Made by a program: the position numbers and the translations under genes. DNA of 63,821 nucleotides, counting the filler, from Chrysochromulina tobinii (lineage: Eukaryota): assembly GCA_001275005.1 (NCBI GenBank). It is 6 parts of 6 records of this genome, joined end to end, with 100 filler letters (N's around TTAATTAATTAA, not from the genome) between each part and the next. Parts side by side here need not be neighbours in the genome. Positions count along the whole stretch, not along the records: positions 29,380 to 49,367 come from JWZX01000563.1; positions 49,468 to 55,464 come from JWZX01000564.1; 4 more parts are not named here. The stretch is one strand, 5' to 3'. Of this stretch, positions 44,034 through 55,050 are shown piece after piece. The notes beneath the pieces were generated by a model. The model made no database searches. It worked only from the letters and a program-made list of their open reading frames with translations, and was not told the DNA's origin. Numbering within the stretch: position 1 is the stretch's first letter; each line of letters begins with the position of its first letter.

Positions 44034-44911
44034 ATGCCCGGCGTGCCCACCTCGGAAGAGGTGACGGCCTACCTTGCCGCGCACAAGCTCGAACCTGTAA
44101 TCGAGGATGCCGTAAACGACGCCGTGCTGAAGCAGGTCAAGGTGAGATGGCCACAAGCGCAGCGGCCACGCAGGCCAGCCTCGTGAAACATTCCTGCTCC
44201 GCACGGAGAGTACCGATTCTTCGCTTTGACGCCCTATCGCCGTCGCTCTGCCTCTCTCTCGCGCGCAGAACCCGTTCTGGCACATTGCACAGATCCTTCT
44301 CAAGAAGAGCGAGGAGGTGGGCGAGGCCAAGAGTGGCACTCGGGTCTCCCTCGACGGCGCCGTGAAGGAGAGTCCCGTGAAGAGGCCTGCGTTCGCGCCC
44401 GAGGCGGTCGTCATCGGCGGCGGCCGTGGACAGGAGATTGACGAGGCAGGGCTGACGCACACCTTCACCAAGAGCGAGGGCACGCTTACCGACGTCCTGC
44501 AGGCGAAGCTCAAGTCGTTTTTCGACAAGATGGATTTGGACAGCAACGGCGAGGTTTCCAAGGAGGAGGCTGAAAAGTTCTGGGGCAAGAACTTTGCCAA
44601 ATTGAATGCGCAGTCGATGTTCAACGGTGTGTCTCGCGCGCGACCCACGCTGCCTCTGCCCGCGTCGCGTCGCGCCGCCCATCAGAGCGCGCGCCGCGCT
44701 CTCCATCTGAGCTCTCGCAACGACGCCTCTGCACCCCGGCTTCGCAGAGGTCGACGAGGACGGAAACGGCACCATCACGTGGGTCGAGTTCCTCGACTTT
44801 TGGAAGAATGTGGCCGCCAATGGGTACTCGCAGGAGGACCTCGAGGAGGAGGTGCAGATGATGATGGAGGGCGGCTCTTGGGTCGACTTTGACGACGGCC
44901 GTACGACGTAA
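44034..44911 (+). CDS. Two-EF-hand calcium-binding protein with N-terminal RIIa/Dpy-30-like domain; exons 44034-44141, 44269-44626, 44748-44911
   Basis: MPGVPTSEEVTAYLAAHKLEPVIEDAVNDAVLKQVK|NPFWHIAQILL; EF loops DLDSNGEVSKEE and DEDGNGTITWVE; canonical GT-AG introns keep the frame. Confidence 0.85.
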
Positions 44912-45484
44912 GGCGCTCTCGAGGCAGCCGGCCATGCACACCCTCTCTTGAGGCAGTGAGCTTGAGGCGGGGTACATGTAAGTGCAGGGGTACGAACACG
45001 CGGACAACGTGCCACGTGGGCGCGCACCAAGGTCGCCTCGCGTCTGTGGCGTTGTTTGGGGTGCAGTGAGGTACAGCGGGGAGCGGTTTCCTCAACAGTG
45101 GGGGAGCAACCAGCAAGCTGCGCACACCACACGACTCGGTCAACTCAAGTTAGCCCGGGTGTGGGGTCCGTGCACAGCTGCAGGACGCCCACGCCCCATA
45201 GACCGGCCGCTCCGGCGCGGCGCAAGAACGTGTCTTCATACTTCCAAGAAGCTTAAGCTATAAGCAAACACGCCTCTCCGACGATTTCCACACAGCTGGG
45301 CCGTTCGAAATGACGTCTGAGAGAATGAGACTTAAGTTGAGACCTCGACGGCGTCCTCTGAGAGACTCCCCGGTGCGTCCGGACTCCGCTCGAAAGTGAT
45401 CCGGTGACTCGATTGTCTGCAGAGTCGCAACGAACGCAGGAGTACTCGCACGCCCAAACAGCTGGGCGCCAGTGTCACCGATGC

Positions 45485-46657
45485 TCAGCGTTGTCCGGCA
45501 CGGGGGGGCGTAGTCTCCAACGGCACTGCCGATAGCGGCAGGGTCGTCGCGCTGTGATGGAGCGGCATGCTCTGCGACGTCGTGGGCGGCGGCGGCGGCG
45601 GCGGCGGCAGCGCCAGCGGAGAAAAGTCGAGAGGAATTCCTTCGAATTGCGAGTTGAGTAGGCTCGAGTTCAGCTGCCGGCTGGGCGTGGCGAAGCTCGA
45701 GGAGAGCAGCTGTGAGTCGCGCCGGCGCGCCAGCCAACGCTGTGCGAGCCACGCGGGGCATCCCAGCAGCACCGCCACCACGAGTGAGATCACAGCGATT
45801 TCATCAAGCGGGTGAACGCCGGTCGTGGCGAGCATTAGGCTGCCTGCAACTAGCATGCAAAGGACCAGCCGGTGCAGGGTGGCCGTGTCGAGCGCGCGGT
45901 TATACTTGTTGCCCAGCGCAAGGCCCGCAAGTGCCGCCGCCACCACCGCCACATGCGACGCCACGTCCGCCGAGGTCGCGATCACGAGCGCGCGGACCGC
46001 CAGCAGGTAAGTCAAACGCGCAATCGAGAGCAGGCATTGAAAGACGGAGGATGTGCTGCGCCATGTCTGCTTGCTCAGGCTGCGGCCGCTCCAGCGCACG
46101 TAGAGCATGAGTGGCGGGCCGGCGACACCGGTGAGGCCGCCGAGCCCGCCCGCGCCACAGAAGCATCCGACGGCACATAGCAAGGCTCGCCGGTCGTGCA
46201 CCAAGTCGGGCACCGTGCCGACTGGTGGCTCCACCGGCGGCCATGATGGGTGACCACGATGCATGCGATGCTGAGAGACGCCGCTTTCGATCGCCAGTAG
46301 CAGCAGCAGCAGCCCAAGACCTCGCGTCACCCAGACGAGCGCAGTCTCATTCAGCAGAAACAGCACCTGAGTGAAAGGAAGGAAGGAGACACCAAAGCAG
46401 ACGATGCCCAGCGCCAGCAGTCCGACGTTGAGTCCGCGAAAGAAAAGCGCTGCTTGCACCACACCCACGACCGCCTCGGGCAGCGCCAGAGCTAGCACGG
46501 CACTCTTGGAAGTGCCGTCGACGAGACCCAAGAGCGAGAGAAGATGAATCGCAACGTTGAAGGTGATGCCGGCTCCAAATGTCGTCAAGCCGAAGAGGAG
46601 TTCAGCGATGAATGCGGTCACCGCGAGACCAGAGGTGAGCGCCGCGGCACTCGACAT
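45485..46657 (-). CDS. TauE/SafE (TSUP) family membrane transporter
   Basis: Polytopic hydrophobic ORF with two half-repeats, GLTTFGAGI and GGLGGLTGVAGPPLMLY. Confidence 0.75.
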   Translation of the reverse strand: MSSAAALTSGLAVTAFIAELLFGLTTFGAGITFNVAIHLLSLLGLVDGTSKSAVLALALPEAVVGVVQAALFFRGLNVGLLALGIVCFGVSFLPFTQVLFLLNETALVWVTRGLGLLLLLLAIESGVSQHRMHRGHPSWPPVEPPVGTVPDLVHDRRALLCAVGCFCGAGGLGGLTGVAGPPLMLYVRWSGRSLSKQTWRSTSSVFQCLLSIARLTYLLAVRALVIATSADVASHVAVVAAALAGLALGNKYNRALDTATLHRLVLCMLVAGSLMLATTGVHPLDEIAVISLVVAVLLGCPAWLAQRWLARRRDSQLLSSSFATPSRQLNSSLLNSQFEGIPLDFSPLALPPPPPPPPTTSQSMPLHHSATTLPLSAVPLETTPPRAGQR

Positions 46658-46831
46658 GATGTGTTATAGAATCATGATGAGCGAAAAGGTCAGCTAAGCA
46701 AAATAAGGTCAGCTAACCGTTCGTGGGGATGGCGCCTCGGCGCGGATGGTGCGTTGGACATGCGAGAATCATGAAGAGCCGAACCGTTCCACGAGCGCCA
46801 CGATACGGGCCCGATCGTCAAGCGTCAAGCG

Positions 46832-48078
46832 TCAAGCCCCTCCGCTCACGTCGACGACCACGCGGCCCGCCGTCTCACCCTTTAGGATGCGCGGTGCGTA
46901 GCTGATGACGTGCTCGAGCCCGATCGTCTCGGCGGTGACCAGCGCGAGAGCCTGCGGCGAGAGCGACTCAGCGAGCAACTCCCAAACAATGCGCCGCTCG
47001 CGCTGCCACTCGACCCAGCGCTCCCTTTCCATCGGGTACCCTTCCAAGTCCCATGGCAGGGTCGAATCGACGCCAAGCAGGCGCACGCCGCGGAGGATGA
47101 AGGGGTAGACTGTGGAGAGCAGCTCACCTGATGAGGGAGGCAATCGAGATGCACTCAGAGATGAAGGGGTAGACTGTGGAGAGCTGGAAGGAGACTGTAA
47201 AGGAGGATGAAGGGGTAGACTGTGGAGAGCAGCTCACCTCCCGAGGCAACGCCCGTGCTCGCGATGGCGCCTCGGTAGGCCGTCTGCGCGATGGCCGCGG
47301 CGAGCGTGCTGCCGCCCACCGCGTCGATCACACCCGCCCACCGCTGCTTTGAGAGCGGTTTCGTGTCCGGTTCTAGCCGGCCGATCACTTCCGCCGCGCC
47401 GAGGGCGCGCAAGTGGGTCTCGAGCGCAGCCTGTCGGCCCGTCGAGGCGATGACCTCGAAGCCACGCGCGGCGAGCAGTGCGATGGCCACCTGGCCCAGC
47501 CCGCCCGCGGCGCCCGTCACAAGCACCGGCCCGTGGCTAGGCTTCACCTCGCCAGCGCACTCGAGGTGGTGAACGCACATAGCTGCTGTGACGCCGGCGG
47601 TGCCGATGGCCATGGTCTCTGCGAGCTCGAAACGGCCCATTGGAGGTGCGATGAGCCACTCGGCTCGGCACGTTGCACGCTCCGAGTAGCCGCCGTCAAA
47701 GTGCTGCCCCGCCTTGTTGCCTGTCAGCACCACACGGTCGCCCGCCTTCCACAATGTCGACGAGGAGTGCACCACGTGCCCGGCATAGTCGATGCCTGCG
47801 ACGATCGGCCACTGCGGCACGACGCCCTTTTGGCCGAGCAGGATCATGCCGTCCTTGAAATTGAGGTCCGAGTGCGTCACGGCCACCTCGACGTCTGCCT
47901 TCGGGTCCTGGCGGGGAAGATCGCGGACAGAGTCAAAGTTGAGGAGCTGCGCGGTCGGCCCGTCGCCCGCCTCTTTGGCCGACCGTGCAACCACGGCGCG
48001 GAAGTGGCGATGGGCCGACGTGCGGCCGAGGCCGTGGATCAGCGGCCGCTGTCGGCGCACCACTAATCGGCGCAACAT
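46832..48078 (-). CDS. acuI: Acrylyl-CoA reductase AcuI/YhdH-type MDR oxidoreductase with mitochondrial-like presequence; intron 47128-47237
   Basis: SDLNFKDG, GIDYAG, GGYSE, MAIGTAGVTAAMCV, VLVTGAAGGLG, WAGVIDAVGGSTLA, TVYPFILRGVRLLGVDS, GRVVVDV; Arg-rich N-terminus MLRRLVVRRQR. Confidence 0.9.
47128..47237 (-). other. GT-AG intron (110 nt) with a 38-nt perfect target-site duplication
   Basis: 47092-47129 is identical to 47202-47239; the minus-strand end is GATTGCCTCCCTCATCAG. Confidence 0.92.
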
Positions 48079-48446
48079 GGAACCCGGGAGCCGTCCACAG
48101 GCTCTGGTGTGAAACGGCTGTGAGCAGGAGCTTGCGATGAGAAGGCACCAACTCACAGTTGAAAAGGTCGTGCCAGCAATTCTTTATCCTTTCCCCTTGA
48201 CGCCCGCGCGGTCGTTTGTTGATGTTTGAGTGCCAGAGAACTTGTGCCCCACCACTTCGGGAGCGGGACAGCGGGTGGGCTCGCGGAGCACCGGTTGCTC
48301 TAACTCTCACCGCTTTAGCTCCTGAGTTTCCAAGAGATTTGGTTGCAGTTCTCCTCTGTGTCTCGTGTCACCTGTTAACAAGAAAGCCCACACTTGTCCG
48401 GAGTGTGATGAGACTGCATGATTGAGACGCCGTCGAAGAGATCGCC

Positions 48447-49238
48447 ATGTGTACAACCGTCCACCGGGTCCACGAGTCTTCGCGAATGCCATGGGACTTC
48501 ATGGAAAAGAATTATATCCATATACCTCGGACTGGTGGCACAAGCGTCGAACACCTTGTGCCAGCGAATCATACCGTGCGGTGGCACGCGCGGGGCTGTT
48601 GCGAGCACGGTTTTGTGGAAAGGTGCTGCAACCACGGATCGCCGTGGCACCTGCCACTTGACGTGTTAGCTGCCATCCTCCCGGAAGTTCGCCAAAGCTA
48701 TGGAAGCACGCCGACATGGTGTGTCGTGAGACATCCCGATGATAGATGGAAATCATCGCAGGCATTCATAGCGCACTCTCGAAAGAGGTGGCCTGACAGC
48801 GCGGCCTTTCCGAAAAGTCGGCCACCACGCACCCCGATCCAGCTTCGAGCGCTGTTTGCGAAAAGTCGGTTTGCGGCCGAGTGGGATGAAGAGCTCGTGC
48901 ATCTGCAGCCCCAGAGCTGGATGGTTTGGGATGCGCACGGACAGCCGCAATGCTCGTGCGCCGTGGCGTTTGAGAATCTCGGCAGCTTGCTCGCCTCTCA
49001 CACCCGCTCACACAATGTGATGGCCGCTGGCGGCTACGAGCACGTTGGGCCCTCCGTGACGAGTGCGGCCTGCAACGGCAACTGCACCGACTCCACCATC
49101 GCGCACCAAAACCTCTACTTTCTGGACCTTTCTTTATGGAAAGCTGCGACGAGCGCTGGCGACAGGGGGTGCTACCGTCCCCAGCCGCAGAATTTGACCT
49201 CGTCTGTGCTCTCTCGACCTCGAAATCGTGTGAAGTAG
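48447..49238 (+). CDS. Sulfotransferase family 2-like protein
   Basis: YIHIPRTGGTSVE (5'-PSB-like), CVVRHPDDRWKS (3'-PB-like), HLQPQ, VAFENL. Confidence 0.7.
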   Translation: MCTTVHRVHESSRMPWDFMEKNYIHIPRTGGTSVEHLVPANHTVRWHARGCCEHGFVERCCNHGSPWHLPLDVLAAILPEVRQSYGSTPTWCVVRHPDDRWKSSQAFIAHSRKRWPDSAAFPKSRPPRTPIQLRALFAKSRFAAEWDEELVHLQPQSWMVWDAHGQPQCSCAVAFENLGSLLASHTRSHNVMAAGGYEHVGPSVTSAACNGNCTDSTIAHQNLYFLDLSLWKAATSAGDRGCYRPQPQNLTSSVLSRPRNRVK

Positions 49239-49687
49239 AGATCAACAAAGATAAACGGGCCGGTGGTCGGAGTTCTTTTAATAGCGCCGAGTTGGGACGA
49301 GTCGGTGAGGACGATCTGCCTTGGTCTCAGTTCGATTCAACCTAAATCGGGTCACACAATTCTAGGTNNNNNNNNNNNNNNNNNNNNNNNNNNNNNNNNN
49401 NNNNNNNNNNNTTAATTAATTAANNNNNNNNNNNNNNNNNNNNNNNNNNNNNNNNNNNNNNNNNNNNGCGCGTCTGAATGCATGCAAAAAACAATGAAAT
49501 GCATATGTATGCACACGCATGCATACGAATGCACATGAATGCGTATGTTAAAAAACAACACCACTTTCGTTAAAAAACAACACTCCACCCATTAATTCGC
49601 GAGGGCGCGAGCGCGCCGCGTCACCAGTACCGGGCGAGGGCTGCGCGCCCGCGACGGCGCCCAGCGCAATAGATATCCGACGCGTCG

Positions 49688-52370
49688 TGATGGCTCACCG
49701 AGGGGGCTGCCGAGAGGCGGCCAGCGCCTCGCTCGCGCGCAACGCGAGCCGACCGCCCGCTACGAGCGAATCAGAGGCTGAATGCCAGTGATGGCTCATC
49801 AACCTGATCACGATTGCATCATGATTACGTCATGATTGCTCGCCGAGGGGGCTGCCGAGAGGCGGTCAGCGCCTCGCTCGCGCGCCATGCGCGCCGACCG
49901 CCCGCTACGAACGCATCAGAGGCTGAGTGCCAGCGATTGCTCATCAACTCGATCATGATTGCATCACGATTACATCCGGATTGCTCACCGAGGGACTGCC
50001 GAGAGGCGGCCTGCGCCTCGCTCGCCCGCTGTGAGCGCATACTGCCCGCTAACCAGCGAATCAGAGGCTGAGTGCCTTTTATGGCTCATCAATAGCTCAC
50101 CAACCTGATGTCATGATTGCATCATGATCACGTCATGATGGCTCACCGAGGGGGCTGCCGAGGGGCAACCAGCGCCTCTCTCACGTATCTCTCACGCGCA
50201 ACGCGAGCCGACCGCCCGCTACGAGTGAATCAGAGGCTGAGTGCTAGTGATGGCTCATCAACCTGAACATGACTGCATCACGGTTACGGCGTGATTGCTC
50301 ACCGAGAGGCGGCCAGCGCTTGATCACGCGATACGTATGCCGCCCGCCCGCTAGGCTGAGTGCCAGTGATTGCTCATCAACTCGATCATGATTGCATCAC
50401 GATTACATCGTGATTGCTCACCGAGGAGGCTGCCGAGAGGCGGCCAGCGCTTCACTCGCGCGCCACGCGCGCCGACCGACTTCTCACAAGCGAACCAGAG
50501 GCTGAGTGCCAGCGATTGCTCATCAACCTGATCATGATGGCATCATGATTACATCGTGATTGCCCACCGAGGGCCTCCGAAGGGCTGCCAAGAGGCGGCC
50601 CGCGCCTCGCTCGCTAGCCACGCGCGCCGACCGCCCCCTAACGAGCGCTTCGGAGGCTGAGTGCCAGTGGTGGTTCATCAGCCCGATCATGATGGCACCA
50701 TGATTACATCGTGGTTGCTCACCGAAGGGCCGCCGAGAGGCGGCCCGCACATGATCACGCGCCACGAGCGCCGCCCGCCCGCTACGAATGCATCAGAGGC
50801 TGAGCGCCGTTGATGGCTCATAAAACCGGATTATGATGGCATCATGATTACGTCTCGATTTCTCACCGAGGGGGCTGCCGAGAGGCGGCCTGCGCCTCGC
50901 TCGCTCGCTGTCAGCTACTGTAGCTGTCAGCATACTGCTAGCATACTGCCCGCTAACGAGCAACTCGGGGGGCAGGGTTCCAATGAAGGCTCATCAACCT
51001 GATCATGATGGCACCATGATCACATCGCGATTTCTCACCGCGAAGGGCTGTGCCGAGACGAGCACCAAGCCTCGCTCACGCGACACCACAAGCGCCGTCC
51101 GCCTGCTTTCCTGATAACGATCGCATCGGAGGCTGAGGGCCAGTGATGGCTCATCAACCTGATCATGATTCCGTCACGATCACCTCGTGATTGCTCACCG
51201 AAGGGGGCGCCAGTGATGGCTCATCGGCCTGATCATGAATTCATGATGGCATCATGGTCACGTCATGATTGCTCGCCGAGGGGGCCGCCGAGAGGCGGCC
51301 AGCACCTCGCTCGCTCCATCGCCACGCGCTCCGGCCGCCATCTACGAGCGCATCAGAGGCTGAGTGCCCCTGATGGCTCATCAACCTGATCGTGATGGCA
51401 TCATGATTACGCCTCGATCGCTCACCGAGGGGGCTCGCGAGAGGCGGAACGCGCCTCGCTCGCTCGCTCGCTCGCAGTGTACTCGCAGTGAGCGCGCACG
51501 CTAACGAGCGCATAAGAGGCTGAGTGCCAGTGATGGCTCATCAACCTGATCGTGATTGCATCATGATTACGTCATGATTGCTCACCGAGGGACTGCCGTA
51601 GGACTGCCGAGAGGCGGCCAGCGCCTCGCTCGCGCGCTACGCGCGCCGACCGCCAGCTACGAGCGCATAAGAGGCTGAGTGCCCCTGATGGCTCACCAAC
51701 CTGATCGTGATTGCATCATGATTGCATCATGATTACATCGTGAGTGCTCACCGAGGGGTCTGGCGAGAGGCGGCTTGCGCTTCGCTCGCGCGCCACGCGC
51801 GACGACCGCCAGCTACGAGCGCATCAGAGGCTGAGTGCCCCTGATGCCTAATCAACCTGATCGTGATTACCTCGTGATTGCTCTTTGCTCACTGAAGGGG
51901 CCGCCGAGAGGCGGCCCGCGCTTCGCTCGCGCGCCACGCGCGCCGCCCGCCGGTCACGAGCGCATAAGAGGTTGAGGGCCAGTGATGGCTCATCAACCTG
52001 TAATCATGATTGCATCATGATTACATCATGATCACCTCGTGAGTACCTCGTGAGTGCTCACCAAGAGGGCTGCCGAGAGGCGCCCCCCCACGCTTCGCTC
52101 GCGGGCACGCGCCGCGCGCCGACCGCCAGTTAACAACTGCAACACCGGCTGAACGCTTGTGATGTGGCACCTCATCATCCTAATCATGATTGCATCATGA
52201 TTGCTCATCGAGAGGGGCTGCCGAGAGGCGGCCCACGCTTCACTCGCGCGAGGCACGCGCGCCTACCCCCCCCCTTACGAGCGAATCAGAGGCTGCGTGC
52301 CCCCGATGACTCATCAAACCGATCATGATTGCATTATGATTACACCGTGATTGCTCACCGAGGGGGCTGT
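49688..52370 (+). repeat. Satellite: about 18-19 diverged copies of a ~145-nt unit
   Basis: Unit GCTCACCGAGGGGGCTGCCGAGAGGCGGCCAGCGCCTCGCTCGCGCGCCACGCG...CAGAGGCTGAGTGCCAGTGATGGCTCATCAACCTGATCATGATTGCATCATGATTAC recurs at about 49694, 49839, 49984 and onwards. Confidence 0.92.
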
Positions 52371-53204
52371 CCGCTGTCAAAAGGCGGACCACGCTGGCTG
52401 ATCGCTACGTGGGTCGAGATGGTGCGAAGATGGTTCGAAGATGGTGCCCCCCGCACGGGAGGCGGTGGAGCGCAACGTAGGCGCGTGGATCCGCGAGGTC
52501 CGCGCCCACGTCATGCAGTCCAGGGCCGCTCAGAGCCACAACTGTTGAGCGGAGGGAGAGAGCGCGCGCGCGCCGCATACGCATGCAATCGGCGGGTGGC
52601 GTCGTGGCCTTCCGGACTCGACGGTCTGAGTCTGGCGGCCCACGCGCCCATATCCTGCCAGAGCGTCCCTGGACGGAGATAGGACTTAGCGCAAATAGCG
52701 TGATGCTCCCGGTCCCAGACACGGGACCTCACTACCCAATGGTCTGCACTCCCGAGAGGAAGTGCTAACCCGACGGGCATCTAAATGACCGATCCCCCTG
52801 TCTAGTACGTACCGTACCACCGCTGTGTCCCCGCGTGTGACACAGCAGCAGAGCGGCACGCGAAGGCGCGACGAAACCCTACCCGTGTGTGCTTATACAA
52901 CTTTCGCACGCACAGACGCGTTGTGTGAAAAACAATACAGGACTTCGAATGAGACACACGCAGGCGGAGAGCTGAGAAACAGCCTACAAAGAGAAAGAGC
53001 GGCGATATCCATGTATGATGTCGGGAGGGAGCGCGCCCGCCGACGTGGGCGGTGAACCCCCAGATGGGCGAGCCAAGGGGCAACGAGTAGAAACATCGTC
53101 GCCGCCCCCTGAAGAAACGCTGGCTCCGTCCGTCCTCGCGCATGCCAACGACCCGGCATAGAGCCGGATTCGAGGCAGGGACCCACTCAAGCTCTCCCCT
53201 CAAG

Positions 53205-53291
53205 TTCATTCACAACACACCAACACGTACAAACTACAAAGCAACTCAAATACGTGAAGGGCAACACCTCGCACACGTGACACACTCGCTT
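53205..53291 (+). repeat. Dispersed repeat, copy 2 (copy 1 at 7435-7512, - strand)
   Basis: 26-nt exact match between 53253-53278 and the reverse complement of 7446-7471, with similar flanks. Confidence 0.75.
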
Positions 53292-53826
53292 CATTCTCAT
53301 GCTCGCGACGTGCAACGCGTACCGCGCTCACACAGACACGGTTCAGAGTCGCCATACCCCGGGTCAACCCCGGGTCTGAACCCGTGCAACCACCTCGCCT
53401 GGCTGGCGTGTGGACCGTGGCGGACACACAAACACAACACATACGACCATGTCGCCTGGCAGGCGAGTGGGCAGTGGGACCACCTCGCCCGTCTGGTGGT
53501 TGGACGACGGCGCAACACATGGTATGGAATGGTATGGTATATGGCATGGCATGTGGGGGGCGGAGGCACCTGAGGGTCTCGGCACGGAGGAGGCGAGGGC
53601 GGGGCGAAATGTGGTATGGCAAGGGGCTTAAAGCCTCCTCCTCGGCTGAGGAGAGGTCGTCGTCGAGCTGGGGGCGCCGGGGCGGGGGCGGCGGGGGCGG
53701 GGGTGGCGGCGAAGGCGGCGAAGGCGGCGGAGGCCGCTGATGAGGAGAGGGGGAGCGTCGCCACAAGCGATGGACAGCAGCAGCGAGCCCCCGTCGCACG
53801 GCGAATCCAAGAGCCAGATCCGTACT

Positions 53827-53955
53827 TTGACCCAAAGGGGTAGGGAGAGGTATTCTTTCTGGAATCACACACTATCCCCACCACCTCGTGATTTTGAACT
53901 CAGTGATTGACCCAAAGGGGTAGGGAGAGGTATTCTTTCTGGATTCACACACTAT
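53827..53955 (+). repeat. 49-nt direct repeat, two copies 80 nt apart
   Basis: TTGACCCAAAGGGGTAGGGAGAGGTATTCTTTCTGGAWTCACACACTAT at 53827-53875 and 53907-53955. Confidence 0.9.
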
Positions 53956-55050
53956 ATCCTACGGAGATTGCGTACCGGTAGAACTAGTGACGAAACCCAC
54001 TGGTTGCCTAATAAAGAGATGACGAAACCCTGCGAGGTCAGTGACGAAACTTCGACGAACCCTTTCCCGCACTTTCAGTGTCAGACACTCCAGTGTGACC
54101 CTTCGACTCTCAAACCTCGGCCCGCGCGGGGGGTCGGGTCCGGTCGCCTAGGGTCCGCTTAGGGGTTGACCTCGGAGGTCGGGGTCGGGGTCGGAGGGGG
54201 GGTGTTCCCGTAAATTTCCAACGAGAGTCGTAGAATGTCAAGATGAGTGACGTTATTGTCAATTGTCCATTGTGCCACCACAAGCACAGCCAAAGTGGGT
54301 AAGCAATTGCCATGGATGCTACTTGCTTTTGTGTGAATTGTGCTATTTCAATCTCCGGCTATCAGCCGCACATCTGGCGCACGTGTAGTCGAACTCTAAG
54401 ATCTCGTGGCGATCTGAGCCCGATCTCGCCTGTGGCTTTTGAACTCAGTGGTAGATCATCGCGGGAGCAAGGCGTAACAAGGCGGTCGCGGGTGTGGCCC
54501 ATGATGCCTGGTATAGAGAAGAGCAGGGGGAACGGAGTTGGTTCACACTCTCAGGCGGACGCAAACACCTCCTGCGCGGCCCCTCTCAGAGAGAAGGGTG
54601 GTGTGGTACGTCTGCGTAATTAACTATGAATCTCAACTAATCGGGCGCCGTACACGCCCGCGACGTGTAACAGATCGAAAAAAGATCACGCGCGACAGAT
54701 ATTGATCTGGCGCGCATTGAGCCCCTCGAGCCGCGTCGTCACGGGCGCATCTCGAAGAGGCTCTGGCGCATGAGCCTCTCGAGCCGCGTTACGTCGACAC
54801 GCACGGCAGCGTCGCGTCCCGGCTCCTTGCGTGCAAAGTCGTTCGGACCCCAGACCTAATAGTATTTGGTCGAATCAGATGCGGACGACAGTCCCGAGCC
54901 TTTTATGCCACATATTCGCAAGCATCTGCAGCGGCAGGAGGAGGTGCAGCAGCAGCAGCAATCCACCAGCTCCTCAGCCAATGAAATGCACCTCCCGGAA
55001 GAGGTGGAGACGGAGGATGAATATGCCGTACAAACACTTGAGGAGTCGCC

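Noticed and set aside
47128..47147. Hammerhead ribozyme: the antisense of the intron 3' module reads CTGATGAG
   Set aside because: No downstream GAAA core or supporting stems at any copy.
49688..52370. CRISPR-like or coding interpretation of the periodic array
   Set aside because: Whole units are homologous with no unique spacers, there are no cas genes, the context is eukaryotic and the frames are full of stops.
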